Shown here piece by piece: positions 42,467 to 53,097 of a stretch of DNA of 64,000 bases. Under the pieces are notes generated by a model. That model made no database searches. It had not been told where the DNA came from and saw nothing but the letters and a program-made list of their open reading frames with translations. This DNA is from an uncultured delta proteobacterium (GTDB lineage: Bacteria > Desulfobacterota > Binatia > UBA9968), in NCBI GenBank assembly GCA_963737905.1, contig CAVTUQ010000022.1:96001-160000 (forward strand), written 5' to 3'. How positions within the stretch are numbered: the stretch's first letter is position 1; each line of letters opens with the position of its first letter. Both the position numbers and the translations under genes were made by a program.

Positions 42467-43544
42467 TCAGGACGAACGAAAAGAGTTGATGTCAGATTTT
42501 TTCCGTTCATGCTGAGGTACTCGAAGCATTCCTAACTTTTCATCAGTACTCTGATCTTCTAACCCTGCCACTTGCGCTAAGGCTCTCTGCGTATACACCT
42601 TTGCCATGCGCTTCCGATACCAATAATCCAAATCGGCGTTGTCCAGCGGATGGGAAATTTTTGCCGCGGCATCCGCGACGGCGTCAATCAGCTCCTTTGT
42701 GATTTTCTTACCCTGAAGCAACGTCGATGCTTCAGCGACGACTTTCGGCGCCGACGCGACGGCGGTTAACACCACTCTTGCATGACGGCATTCGCCTTGT
42801 TCGTCAGTCTCCATCGTTGCGGCGACGCCCAAGATCGGAAAATCGAAGGAGCCACGGCGGCGCAATTTAAGATAGACATTGCGCCGTGCCAAGCTTTCCC
42901 GCGGAATGAGTAATCCCTTCAGCACTTCGTCTTTGGCTTTGGCCGAATAATCAATTCCGTCGTCGATATACAATTCTTCGAGCTTGCCTCGCCGCTCGCC
43001 ATTTTTGCTTACCAGGATAGCCTCGGCTCCCAGACTCACGAGAACGGGCGCAGTGTCCGACGAGGCGATCGCCAGGCACTTTGCGCTACCGGGAGCAACT
43101 AAACAAATCTCGCCCGTCCTTTTTCATGCAGAAGCCCACTGCCTGGCGCCAGAAGAAAGTCTGATCGTAGTAATTGCAGCGCGTGTCGACGAGAACATTG
43201 CCGCCGATAGTGCCCATGTTGCGCAATTGTGGCGTGGAGACAGATTCCGCCGCGTGGGCGAGAGCGGGAAAATGTTTGGCGATGAGTCGATGATTCGCAA
43301 CCGCTGTCAGACTTTCGCCGGCGCCGATCCAAAGACCTTCCTTGCTCTGACGAATCCCTTTCAGCTCGCGCAGGTTTCTTAGCGAGATTAAATGCCTCGG
43401 CGTGAATTGCCCACGCTTCATTTTTGGATACACGTCCGTGCCCCCGGCCACGAGCATCGCATCGGTGCCCAATTCGGCCAATGCTTTGGTTGCCTGTTTC
43501 AGCGAGCGCGGTTGGATGTAGTTAAACTCTGGTAGTCGAAGCAT
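42467..43544 (-). CDS. hcrB: 4-hydroxybenzoyl-CoA reductase beta-like FAD/[4Fe-4S] subunit (one frameshift at about 43110)
   Basis: AGGTD, RNMGTIGGN, four-Cys insert DTRC...FCMKKDG.IC...KC, KLRRRGSFDFP. Confidence 0.75.
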
Positions 43545-43706
43545 GGTTCGACTTTATTTAAACTCTGCGATCATGGCAAACTTCACTCTGCCACTGGCGA
43601 TAGCGAGCGCGAGTCGAATCCGAATCTCCCTCGTCCCGCCGTCCGGGAGAGGGCAAGGATGATGGCCGAATCCGACCAAAATCGCCCGAGGATGTTCAGT
43701 TTAACC

Positions 43707-46082
43707 TCAACTCTTTTGCGTCACTTCGATACCTTCGCCAGGTTGCCATTTTATCGGCGTGGGAAATTTAAAATCAGGAATTGACACCGCCTTCAATCGC
43801 CCTTCGAGAGCTCGAAGAATTTTGTCCGGTGTGATCGGAACTTCATGGATACGCACTCCAATGGCGTCGTAGACGGCGTTCGCGACCGCAGGAACCACAG
43901 GCAACAGCGGCCCCTGGCCGGCTTCCTTCGCTCCGTAGGGTCCTTCCGGATCGTTGGTTTCCACCAGGATCGTTTCGATCTCCGGTGTTTCCAGTGTGGT
44001 CGGACTCTTGTATTCCAAAATCGATGGTATTTTATGCAGTCCGTTTTTGCGAAAAATTTGCTCCTCCATCAGCGCTTCGCCGAGAGCCATATAAACGCTG
44101 CCTTCGGTTTGACCTTCGACGAGCAGCGGATTAAAGGCGCGTCCGCAATCGTGCGCGATCCAGACTTTATCTATTTTGATTTGGCCCGTAATGCTGTCGC
44201 AGTGAAGCTCGACGATAGAGGTAGAAAAGCTGTAGGACGGCGTGGGACCGACTCCCGAGCCTTTGAAATCACGCGGATTCTTCGGCGGCCAGTAGCTGCC
44301 GGTGGCGCCGAGCGTCCCATATTTTCCCTCGGCCTTGGTCACCGCGTCAGCGAAGCTCATGCCACGTTCGGGGAAGCTTGAGCTGCGAATCTTGCCGTCG
44401 GCGAATTCGAGATCGTCCGGCGGTACTTCCAGCGCTTTACTCGCCGCTTCGAGCAGCATGGGTTTGAGCTTGCCGCAGGCCTGCACCGCGGCGTTGCCGG
44501 TCATCACAGTCACCCGGCTGGAATAACTGCCTAGGTCCACCGGCGTCAAATCCGTATCGGCGGTCAACACTCTGATGTCGGCAGGATCGATGCCGAACTC
44601 TTCCGCGACGGCATAAGCGAGAATGGAGTCGGATCCCTGGCCGATATCTATGGAGCCGCAAAACACCGCGACTCCGCCGCTGCGGTCGAGTTTGATCTGC
44701 ACGCCGGAGTGGGGCATGTCGTTCCAGTAAATCGGCAAGCCCGCGCCGCTGATATAAGAGCTGGCCGCGAAACCGACGCCGTGGCCAAAGGGAAGCTTGC
44801 GGAATTTATTCTTCCACTCGGCGCGCTCGGCGACGCGCTCGCTGCATTCGCGTAGTCCGGTGGTGCTCACCCGCAGGCCGTTGATGGTCGTTGTGTTGGG
44901 CTCCACAAGCTGTTTAAGCCGGAGATCGATGGGATCGATGCCAAGCTTTTCGGCGATTTCGTCCAGTTGAATCTCCAGAGCAAAGCGCGGCTGCGGCGTG
45001 CCGTGACCCCGCTTTGGCCCGCAGGCGGGCTTGTTGGTGAAGACGCGCACGCCTTCGAACTTGTAAGCCGGCACTTTGTAGGTGACCGTCTGCAGCGCGC
45101 CGGTATAGTAGACGGTCGCCAATCCATAGCTGCTGTAGCCGCCGCCATCGAGAAAAGTCTTATACTGCATCGCCTGAATCGTACCGTCGTTCTTCACGCC
45201 GGTCTTTGCAAACATCTTGACCGGGTGTCTGCCGCGGTGGACATAGAAGGATTCCTCGCGGGTAAGCGTGATTTTCACCGGTCTTCGCGTGATCATGGAG
45301 AGTTTGGCCACTGCGATCTCGTGCGAAAAAGGATCGCTCTTGCCGCCGAAACCGCCTCCCACGGGAGTCGCAACTACACGGATGCGGCTTGCGGGAAGTT
45401 TCAGAACCTTGGCCAAAGCGCGGTGGAGATAATGGGGCGTCTGGGTTGAAGACCAAACCGTGAGCTTATCGTCCGGTCCATGGAAACCCACGGCACAATA
45501 CTGTTCCATGGGCAGGTGGGTGTTGCCCTGATAGAAAAAAGTTCCCTCGAAAATGTGGTCCGAGTGGGCGAATCCGCCTTCGATGTCGCCGAATTCGAAG
45601 GACACGGCCTTTTGAATATTGGCCTGCCGGTTCCACGTGTGAATCCGTTCACTCTCCTCTGTGGAGGCCAGCGCCTCTTCGATAGTGAGAATCGGTTTCA
45701 GAACTTCATATTCGACGTCGAGGTAGCCAAGCGCCTTTTCGGCTAGGCTCTCGCTGGCTGCCGCTACCGCCGCCACCGGATCGCCTGCGTAACGCGCCTT
45801 GTCGGTGACAAGCGTCTCCTCGTCCTGGGTCGAAGGCATGATGCCGAACTTTTCCGGCAAGTCTTCGCCGGTGATCACGGCGAACACGCCTTCGAGCTGG
45901 AGCGCCCGCGTGGCATTGATGCTGAGGACGCGCGCGTGGGGGTGGGGGCTCCGCAAAAGTTTCGCATAAGTCATACGGGGAAGATTGAGATCATCCGCAA
46001 AGACCGTCTCGCCCGCGCACTTGGCCATCGCATCGATCTTGCGGAGCGGTTTTCCGATCACCGAGAAGTTTTTCTTTTTCAT
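43707..46082 (-). CDS. hcrA: 4-hydroxybenzoyl-CoA reductase alpha-like molybdopterin subunit (xanthine oxidase family)
   Basis: RSPHPHA, GGGFG, YTGAL, RGHG, DIGQGS, GSYSSRVT, EGQ, GPYGAKEA. Confidence 0.75.
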   Translation of the reverse strand: MKKKNFSVIGKPLRKIDAMAKCAGETVFADDLNLPRMTYAKLLRSPHPHARVLSINATRALQLEGVFAVITGEDLPEKFGIMPSTQDEETLVTDKARYAGDPVAAVAAASESLAEKALGYLDVEYEVLKPILTIEEALASTEESERIHTWNRQANIQKAVSFEFGDIEGGFAHSDHIFEGTFFYQGNTHLPMEQYCAVGFHGPDDKLTVWSSTQTPHYLHRALAKVLKLPASRIRVVATPVGGGFGGKSDPFSHEIAVAKLSMITRRPVKITLTREESFYVHRGRHPVKMFAKTGVKNDGTIQAMQYKTFLDGGGYSSYGLATVYYTGALQTVTYKVPAYKFEGVRVFTNKPACGPKRGHGTPQPRFALEIQLDEIAEKLGIDPIDLRLKQLVEPNTTTINGLRVSTTGLRECSERVAERAEWKNKFRKLPFGHGVGFAASSYISGAGLPIYWNDMPHSGVQIKLDRSGGVAVFCGSIDIGQGSDSILAYAVAEEFGIDPADIRVLTADTDLTPVDLGSYSSRVTVMTGNAAVQACGKLKPMLLEAASKALEVPPDDLEFADGKIRSSSFPERGMSFADAVTKAEGKYGTLGATGSYWPPKNPRDFKGSGVGPTPSYSFSTSIVELHCDSITGQIKIDKVWIAHDCGRAFNPLLVEGQTEGSVYMALGEALMEEQIFRKNGLHKIPSILEYKSPTTLETPEIETILVETNDPEGPYGAKEAGQGPLLPVVPAVANAVYDAIGVRIHEVPITPDKILRALEGRLKAVSIPDFKFPTPIKWQPGEGIEVTQKS

Positions 46083-46142
46083 GACGTTTCGCTTTTGCTA
46101 TACAGTCAATTCAGTCTGGGATCTTTGAACGCGAGTGAAATC

Positions 46143-46230
46143 AGATCCTTCGCTGTGCTCAGGATGAAGAGAAAGGATACCGAATGAAAAGCCGTCCGGC
46201 CGTCATTCTGAGCCGCAGGCGAAGAATCTC
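46143..46230. repeat. REP-like inverted repeat
   Basis: AGATCCTTCGCTGTGCTCAGGATGA ... GTCATTCTGAGCCGCAGGCGAAGAATCTC. Confidence 0.7.
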
Positions 46231-46265
46231 GTCTTTTTACATCATAGCCGTAGCTTCATTTTGCC

Positions 46266-46775
46266 TTACCCGGCATATTGCTTGGCAGCGAACTCGACCG
46301 CTTGCAAAATTTTTGTATAGCCGGTGCAGCGACAGAGATTTCCAGACAGGGCTTGGCGAATCTCGTCGCGAGTCGGCTGCGGGTTCTTGTCTAACAGGGC
46401 CTTGGCGGTGAGGAGTATTCCGGGAATGCAATAGCCGCATTGTGCTGCGCCAAGATCCGCGAAGGCCGTCTGCAGCGGATGGGGTTTGCCATTCTGTACC
46501 ATGCCTTCCACCGTGACGATTTCGGTGTTTTCCGCTTCGATGCCCAGCATCAGACACGACAGTACCGGCGCGCCATCAACAAGCACCGCGCAAGTACCGC
46601 ACTCTCCCAGCTCGCAACCATGTTTGGTGCCGGTGAGACCCATGTCCTCACGCAGCACCTCTAACAACGTCTTGTTGATCTCAGTGGCGACTTCCTTTGT
46701 CTCGCCGTTGACCCGGAGCTGGAGTAGCGTTTTCGCCAGCTTGCCGTCCGTTCGGTTCTTTTTGCTTATTCTCAT
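46266..46775 (-). CDS. hcrC: 2x[2Fe-2S] small subunit
   Basis: GCELGECGTC, QCGYCIPG, GNLCRCTGY. Confidence 0.8.
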   Translation of the reverse strand: MRISKKNRTDGKLAKTLLQLRVNGETKEVATEINKTLLEVLREDMGLTGTKHGCELGECGTCAVLVDGAPVLSCLMLGIEAENTEIVTVEGMVQNGKPHPLQTAFADLGAAQCGYCIPGILLTAKALLDKNPQPTRDEIRQALSGNLCRCTGYTKILQAVEFAAKQYAG

Positions 46776-46896
46776 GCCCGTTCTGACTAGGGCTGAGCGG
46801 TTTTACTTGGCTTACATTGCGTCTTTGCGCGAGATTATTCTTGTCCTATCGTTTTCCGAAAATGTAACGCGGACTCCCTTATAGTCACACCCGCCC

Positions 46897-48210
46897 CTAC
46901 AACTTGAAGAATCTTTTAGCCTTGAGTTCGAATCTCGGCAAGGTTCCCGGCGCAACCCGTTCAACTTGAGGGCGAAGGCCGATGCGCTCACGTATGCGTC
47001 GGCTCACGTTCTCCGCCAGCAATCCAGTGGAACTCTGGTCGGCGCATGGCTCTATGATGATCCTGAGCTCTTTCATCGCTTCTTTTTCAAAGACTTCCAC
47101 GCGAAACTCTTCGATCTCAGGAAATTCCCGCATGACGTTTTCAATCGCGCTCGGGAACACGTTTACACCGCGGAGAATAACCATATCATCGACCCGCCCT
47201 AACACGCCACCTTGCAAGAGCAAAAACGGCCTGCCGCATGGACACGACTGGTAACTGGGTTGAACTAGATCGCCGGTTCTATATCGGATGACGGGACTGC
47301 CGATCCTGCCGAGATTAGTAATAACCAGTTCACCTTTTTCTCCTTCGGAAACCCCTTTCCCGGTGTCGGGGTCCAGGATCTCGGCAATGAATTCACTTTC
47401 GTTAACGTGGACGGCTCCGGATTGACATTCAAATGCGAAAGCGCCGACCTCGGTGGCGCCGGGGTGATCAAAGCATTTTGCTCCCCACAATTCTTCAATC
47501 ATTTTTTTGGTACTGGGGATACTTGCCCCGGGCTCGCCGGCATGGATGGTGATCTTAATAGCGGACTCTCGCGCCAGATCGATTCCTGTTTTTTTCGCTT
47601 CCGAAGCCATATGTAGCGCATACGTCGGCGTGCAGACAAGCACCGTAGCCCCGTAATCAATTATCGTCTTAAATCGCTGCGACGTCGATTGACCTCCGCC
47701 GGAAATAGCCATGGCTCCTAGCTTTCGCGCTCCCTCCCAGCCCGCCCAAAAACCGATAAAAGGACCAAAAGAAAATGCAAAGTAGATTCGATCCCCAGGA
47801 TGAACGCCCGCCGCTTCAAAGATGACCTTCCAACATGCCGCCCACCAATCCCAGGATTCTTCGGTATCGAGCCAGTACATCGGTTTTCCCGTCGTGCCCG
47901 AGGTCTGATGGATTCGGATGTAACGTTCCAGCGAAAACGTTAACCCGGTGCCAAAGGGGGGATAAAGCACCTGATTCTCGACCAGCTCGCTCTTTTTCGT
48001 AAGAGGCAGACTCTTCAACGTCTCCATGGAGACGATATCGGAAAATTCACGTGCCGAAAACTTCTTTCGGTAAAACGCGTTCGCCGGCAGAGCTAGTTGA
48101 AGCATTTCACCGAGTCGATCGAGCTGTCGGTGCTCCAGCGCGCTGCGGCTGCTTAGTGTATTCATAGGATCCGTCAGCGCCATCCTAGCCTCGGTATGAA
48201 GCCGATTCAA
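46897..48210 (-). CDS. Phenylacetate--CoA ligase-family (PaaK-like) aryl-CoA ligase
   Basis: TSGTTGKP, AGEPG, GATE, RYRTGD, GRVDDM..RGVN. Confidence 0.88.
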   Translation of the reverse strand: MNRLHTEARMALTDPMNTLSSRSALEHRQLDRLGEMLQLALPANAFYRKKFSAREFSDIVSMETLKSLPLTKKSELVENQVLYPPFGTGLTFSLERYIRIHQTSGTTGKPMYWLDTEESWDWWAACWKVIFEAAGVHPGDRIYFAFSFGPFIGFWAGWEGARKLGAMAISGGGQSTSQRFKTIIDYGATVLVCTPTYALHMASEAKKTGIDLARESAIKITIHAGEPGASIPSTKKMIEELWGAKCFDHPGATEVGAFAFECQSGAVHVNESEFIAEILDPDTGKGVSEGEKGELVITNLGRIGSPVIRYRTGDLVQPSYQSCPCGRPFLLLQGGVLGRVDDMVILRGVNVFPSAIENVMREFPEIEEFRVEVFEKEAMKELRIIIEPCADQSSTGLLAENVSRRIRERIGLRPQVERVAPGTLPRFELKAKRFFKL

Positions 48211-48356
48211 GGCAATTTATTGAGCCCGTGATGAACTGCCCGCCTCGATATTTCCCGCATGAGCAAACAACCGATAAATCGTGGCTTGCCGTGGACCCCG
48301 CGTTTGTTGTAAACGTCTAGCCGGTCGCACGTGTAGCGAGTGGATCGGATGCCTGT

Positions 48357-49370
48357 GTGACAGACTCGCGCGACGGAGGACGTATGGTTATCTCTTTTCG
48401 AATCGCAGTTGTGCTTCTGGTCTGTGTCGTGGTTTCCTCTGCGGTGATCGCACAGGAGAAACCCAAGATCTTTTTAGGGGCTTCGAGCAAGACTCTGGGT
48501 TACAGCCCGCTCTGGGTCGGCGCGAGAAAGGGTTTCTTCGAGCAGCAAGGTTTAGATGTGCAGTTGGTGTTGTTGCGCGGGATGCCGATGACCGTTCAGG
48601 CTCTTTCGGCGGGGTCTTTGCATATTGGCTCTGGGGGCGCTGAACCCTATATCGATGCATCGGAGCGGGGCCTGGATTTTATCCTCACCGGCGGCGTCAT
48701 CAACGGCACGGCGCAATTCATTATCGCAGCGAAAAATATCAAGACTTATGAAGACCTCCGGGGGGCCACCTTTGGCACGGCGTCATTGACTGGCGGTACG
48801 ATTACGGTGCTGCGCGAGGCGCTGAAGTTGAAAGGGTTGGAATACCCGCGCGATTATAAACTGTTGATCATCGCCGGGGGCTCGGCGACCAACCTTGCGG
48901 CGTTGCAGTCGGGCCAAATCAGCGCCACCACCGTCGCAGTGCCGTTGAATTATGCCGCAGAAGAAGCCGGTTTCAATGTCATCGGCAAGCTTTCGGACGG
49001 TGTTCCCTATTTTCAAACCAACGTCATCGCAACGCGAAGAAGTTGGGCGGAAAAGAACCGCCCCGTGATGGTGCGTTTCATGCGAGCGATGGTGGAGTCG
49101 CTGCGCTGGCTGCACGAAAACAGAGAAGCTGCCATCGACTTTCTGGCCAAAGAGATGCAACTCAAGCCGGTTCACGCCCGCAAGGGTTGGGAGTTTTATA
49201 CGCAGAATCGCTTCTGGCCGCCCGACGGCGAAGTCACTATGGAAGGACTCAAGTACAATATCCGCATTTACGCCGAGCAAACGGGCGCGAAAGGGCCGCT
49301 GCCCGAGCCCAGTAAATACGTGGACCAGAGTTATCTGTCCGAGGCGTTGAAACAGATCGATAAGCGATGA
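48357..49370 (+). CDS. ABC substrate-binding protein (NMT1/SsuA-like)
   Basis: Signal peptide, PLWVG.RKGFF.QQGLDV, AALQSGQI. Confidence 0.85.
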   Translation: MTDSRDGGRMVISFRIAVVLLVCVVVSSAVIAQEKPKIFLGASSKTLGYSPLWVGARKGFFEQQGLDVQLVLLRGMPMTVQALSAGSLHIGSGGAEPYIDASERGLDFILTGGVINGTAQFIIAAKNIKTYEDLRGATFGTASLTGGTITVLREALKLKGLEYPRDYKLLIIAGGSATNLAALQSGQISATTVAVPLNYAAEEAGFNVIGKLSDGVPYFQTNVIATRRSWAEKNRPVMVRFMRAMVESLRWLHENREAAIDFLAKEMQLKPVHARKGWEFYTQNRFWPPDGEVTMEGLKYNIRIYAEQTGAKGPLPEPSKYVDQSYLSEALKQIDKR

Positions 49371-49504
49371 GACGAGCGAGTAACGAGAGCGCGGCATAGG
49401 ACGTGATACGAATAGCCAGTTATCATAAGTAGGGAAATTGGAATCCGAGAATTTGAAGTTTGGCAGCAGACTCGTTCGCTTCGGTTAGCTAAAATCTCTA
49501 TTTG

Positions 49505-50092
49505 TTATTCCCTGGGCCGCCACATGTACCAGGTCGGAGTGCCGATAAGCAGCTCTTCGCGCCGCACAACGAATCCGAACGTTTTGTAGAATTCAACATT
49601 TTCCGGTTTGTCGGTTTCGAGATAGCCGGCGGATCGCTCCTGATCGAGATGCTCGATGTAACGATTCATCAATGCCGTGCCGATTCCTTGTCCCTGAGCC
49701 TCGGGAGCTACGCCGATGGGTCCCAGGTGGACGTGCGGTTCGTCAGGGTCGAGATGGCACCATCGAGCAAACCACTTGATGACCTGCGGAATTGCCTCGC
49801 CGAGAGGTTTCAATAGGGTTGTAACCGCCAGCGGAATCTCTTCTGGCGCCGGGAGACAATAGGGCGACGCGTTAAAGTGGATATAGCCCAGGACTCGACC
49901 CTCTCCCAACGCGACAAAGGCTTGGCCGGCGAACATATGCCGGAGGCCGATGCGGAAAAACAATCGATTTTGATCGATGCGTTGCGAGCCGAAAGCCGAG
50001 ACATGAAGGGGGTTGGTAACAAACGCCTCGGCTAGCATGGATACCGTAGTGTCCAATCGTTCAGCGGAATACTTTTGAATTGTAGGTGTCAT
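49505..50092 (-). CDS. GNAT acetyltransferase
   Basis: [30 protein letters not shown]. Confidence 0.88.
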   Translation of the reverse strand: MTPTIQKYSAERLDTTVSMLAEAFVTNPLHVSAFGSQRIDQNRLFFRIGLRHMFAGQAFVALGEGRVLGYIHFNASPYCLPAPEEIPLAVTTLLKPLGEAIPQVIKWFARWCHLDPDEPHVHLGPIGVAPEAQGQGIGTALMNRYIEHLDQERSAGYLETDKPENVEFYKTFGFVVRREELLIGTPTWYMWRPRE

Positions 50093-50333
50093 ACTTATTC
50101 CTGCTCCGACGGGATCTAAAAGGATTATTGCTATCCCGCCTCCCTGGATCATCCGGGAGAGGCTTACCGAAATGCTAGCATCTCTTTGGCCATTTTTTAA
50201 AAGCTTAGCCACTGTCTCGCGAAGCTCGCGGGGCCGTTTCACGGCTGTTTTTCAAGTTCGAATCTTCCCTGTTGCTTTATCCCCCCACCCTCGCTACAAA
50301 ATACTTAGTCTCAGACCTGTAAAGGAGATCCCT

Positions 50334-53030
50334 ATGGCGCAGAAGTACGTCGACAGTTTCGGCACCCGTAAGACGCTAACGGTCGGCAATCAGAACTACG
50401 ATATTTTCCGGCTCGATCTTTTGGAGAAAGCGGGCTTTAAGAACGTCTCCAAGTTGCCGGTCTCTTTGAAGGTCCTTTTGGAGAATCTGCTCCGCCAGGA
50501 AGACAATCATCATGTCAACAAAGGCGACATTCAAGCGCTGGCGAACTGGAGTCCCAAGGCGAAGCAGGACAAAGAAATCGCCTTTATGCCGGCCCGTGTG
50601 CTGATGCAGGATTTGACGGGTGTGCCGGCGGTGGTCGACCTGGCGGCCATGCGCGAGGCGATGAAGCGGTTGGGCGGCGATCCCAAAAAGATCAATCCAC
50701 TGGCACCCGTGGATCTGGTCATCGATCACTCGGTCCAGGTAGACTATTTCGGCACCTCGGATGCCTTCCACAAGAATTCCCAAATCGAGTTCGAGCGTAA
50801 CGTCGAGCGCTACGCCTTCTTGCGCTGGGGGCAGAGGGCTTTCGACAATTTCCGACTCATCCCGCCGGATACCGGAATCTGCCATCAAGTCAATCTTGAA
50901 TATCTGGCGCCGGTGGTGTTTCGCGCCAAGAAAGACGGCGCGATATTCGCCTATCCCGACACAGTCGTTGGCACCGATTCGCACACGCCGATGATCAACG
51001 GCTTGGGCGTGGTGGGTTGGGGCGTGGGCGGCATCGAAGCGGAAGCGGCGCTACTCGGCCAGCCGATCATCATGCTCATCCCTGAAGTCATCGGCTTTAA
51101 GCTTCACGGCAGGCTTCCGGAAGGCGCGACGGCCACCGACCTGGTGTTAACGGTCGTTCAGATGCTCCGTAAGAAAGGCGTTGTCGAGAAGTTCGTGGAG
51201 TTCTATGGATCCGGACTGTCGACCTTGAGCCTGGCCGACCGCGCGACCATAGGCAACATGGCGCCTGAGTACGGAGCAACGATCGGTTATTTCCCTGTCG
51301 ACGACGAGACTCTCCGATATCTGCAGCTTACCGGCCGCGATCCTGAGCTGATCAAACTCGTCGAAACTTATGCCAAAGAGCAGGGGATGTTCCGCACGGA
51401 TGCATCTCCAGATCCGATGTTCACGGACACACTGGAGCTCGATCTCGGCAGCGTGGTGCCGAGCCTGGCCGGTCCCCGAAGGCCGCAGGATCGCGTGCCA
51501 CTGACGGAAAGTAAGGACGCGTTCAGGGAAGCGCTGCCGTCCTTAATGAAGAGCGGCGACGTCGGCGAAAACCGTGGCCGTGCAGATGAACGGCGACAAA
51601 TTCCAGCTAAAACATGGATCGGTTGTGATCTCCGCCATCACGAGTTGCACCAACACGTCGAATCCTTCGGTGCTGATCGGAGCGGGGCTGTTGGCAAGGA
51701 AAGCGGTCGAGAAAGGCCTCACGAGAAAGCCGTGGGTAAAGACTAGCTTGGCGCCGGGATCTAAAGTCGTTACTGAATATTTAACGGACAGCGGTCTTCT
51801 AGCTGATCTAGAGAAAATCGGCTTTCATTTGGTGGGCTATGGATGTACCACGTGCATCGGCAATAGCGGTCCGTTGCCTGAACCCGTTGCCAACGCCATT
51901 CAAGAAGGCGATCTGGTGGCCGCTGCGGTTTTGTCCGGCAACCGCAATTTTGAAGGCCGCATCCATGCTAGCGTGCGAGCCAATTATCTCGCGTCGCCGC
52001 CGCTGGTGGTGGCCTATGCGTTGGCTGGCAGCATGGATGTGGATCTATATAAGGATGCGCTGGGAAACGATTCTGAGGGCAACCCGGTTTATTTGAAGGA
52101 CATCTGGCCGACTCCCCAGGAAGTCCAGGCGGTGATGAACAAGTCGGTGCGGTCCGAGATGTTCAAGAAGGAGTACAGCCAGGCCACCGAGGGCGATGAG
52201 CGCTGGAAGTCGATGCCAGTGCCGGAGGGCGAACTCTTCAAGTGGGATGGGCAATCGACCTATGTGAGGGAAGCTCCCTATTTCGAGAATATGTCGAAGA
52301 TTCCGGGAGAACCCACCGAAATCAAAGGGGCGCGTGTGTTGGCGCTGCTTGGTGACTCGGTCACGACGGACCACATCTCACCGGCGGGTTCCATCGAAAA
52401 GAACGGTCCAGCGGCGCGCTATCTCACGAATAATGACGTGGCGCAGAAAGACTTCAATCAATACGGCGCCCGGCGCGGCAACCATGAGGTCATGATGCGC
52501 GGTACCTTCGCCAACGTCCGGCTGAAGAATGTTTTGGCGCCGGGGACCGAAGGGGGCGTGACGGTACATCTGCCGGATAAGAAGCAGATGTCGATCTACG
52601 ACGCCGCCATGCTGTATCAAAAGGAGGGCGTTTCTTTAATTGTGATCGCTGGCAAAGAATACGGAACCGGCTCGTCCCGCGACTGGGCGGCCAAGGGACC
52701 GCGTCTCCTCGGCATCAAAGCGGCGATTGCGGAGAGCTTCGAGCGTATTCACCGCAGTAATCTGATCGGCATGGGGATCGTGCCCTTGCAGTTCAAGCCC
52801 GGCGAGAACCTCAAGTCCCTCGGTTTAACCGGATTCGAAAAGTTCGATGTCGTTGGCATCTCGGCCGGACTCAAGCTGCGACAGGAACTTACCGTCAAAG
52901 CGACCACCGACGACGGCAAGCTCACGGAGTTCAAGGTCATCTGCCGCATCGACACCCCGGCGGAACTGGATTACTACCGGCACGGAGGAATTTTGGAGTA
53001 TGTGCTGCGGCAGTTGCTGCAGAATTTAGC
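50334..53030 (+). CDS. acnA: Aconitate hydratase A (frameshift at about 51570; stop lost at about 53028)
   Basis: [65 protein letters not shown]. Confidence 0.95.
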
Positions 53031-53097
53031 AGTTTCGAGGATGCGAGTATTGGAGTTAATTCGAGATCTGAACCCGAAATTCGAGAGACTTACGGTA

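Noticed and set aside
330-51600. Frameshifts in tadA, acnA, hcrB, ubiD and SBP as programmed frameshifting or mass pseudogenisation
   Set aside because: They are scattered single-base indels, including in housekeeping genes, with no consistent slippery motif. This pattern is typical of long-read consensus errors.
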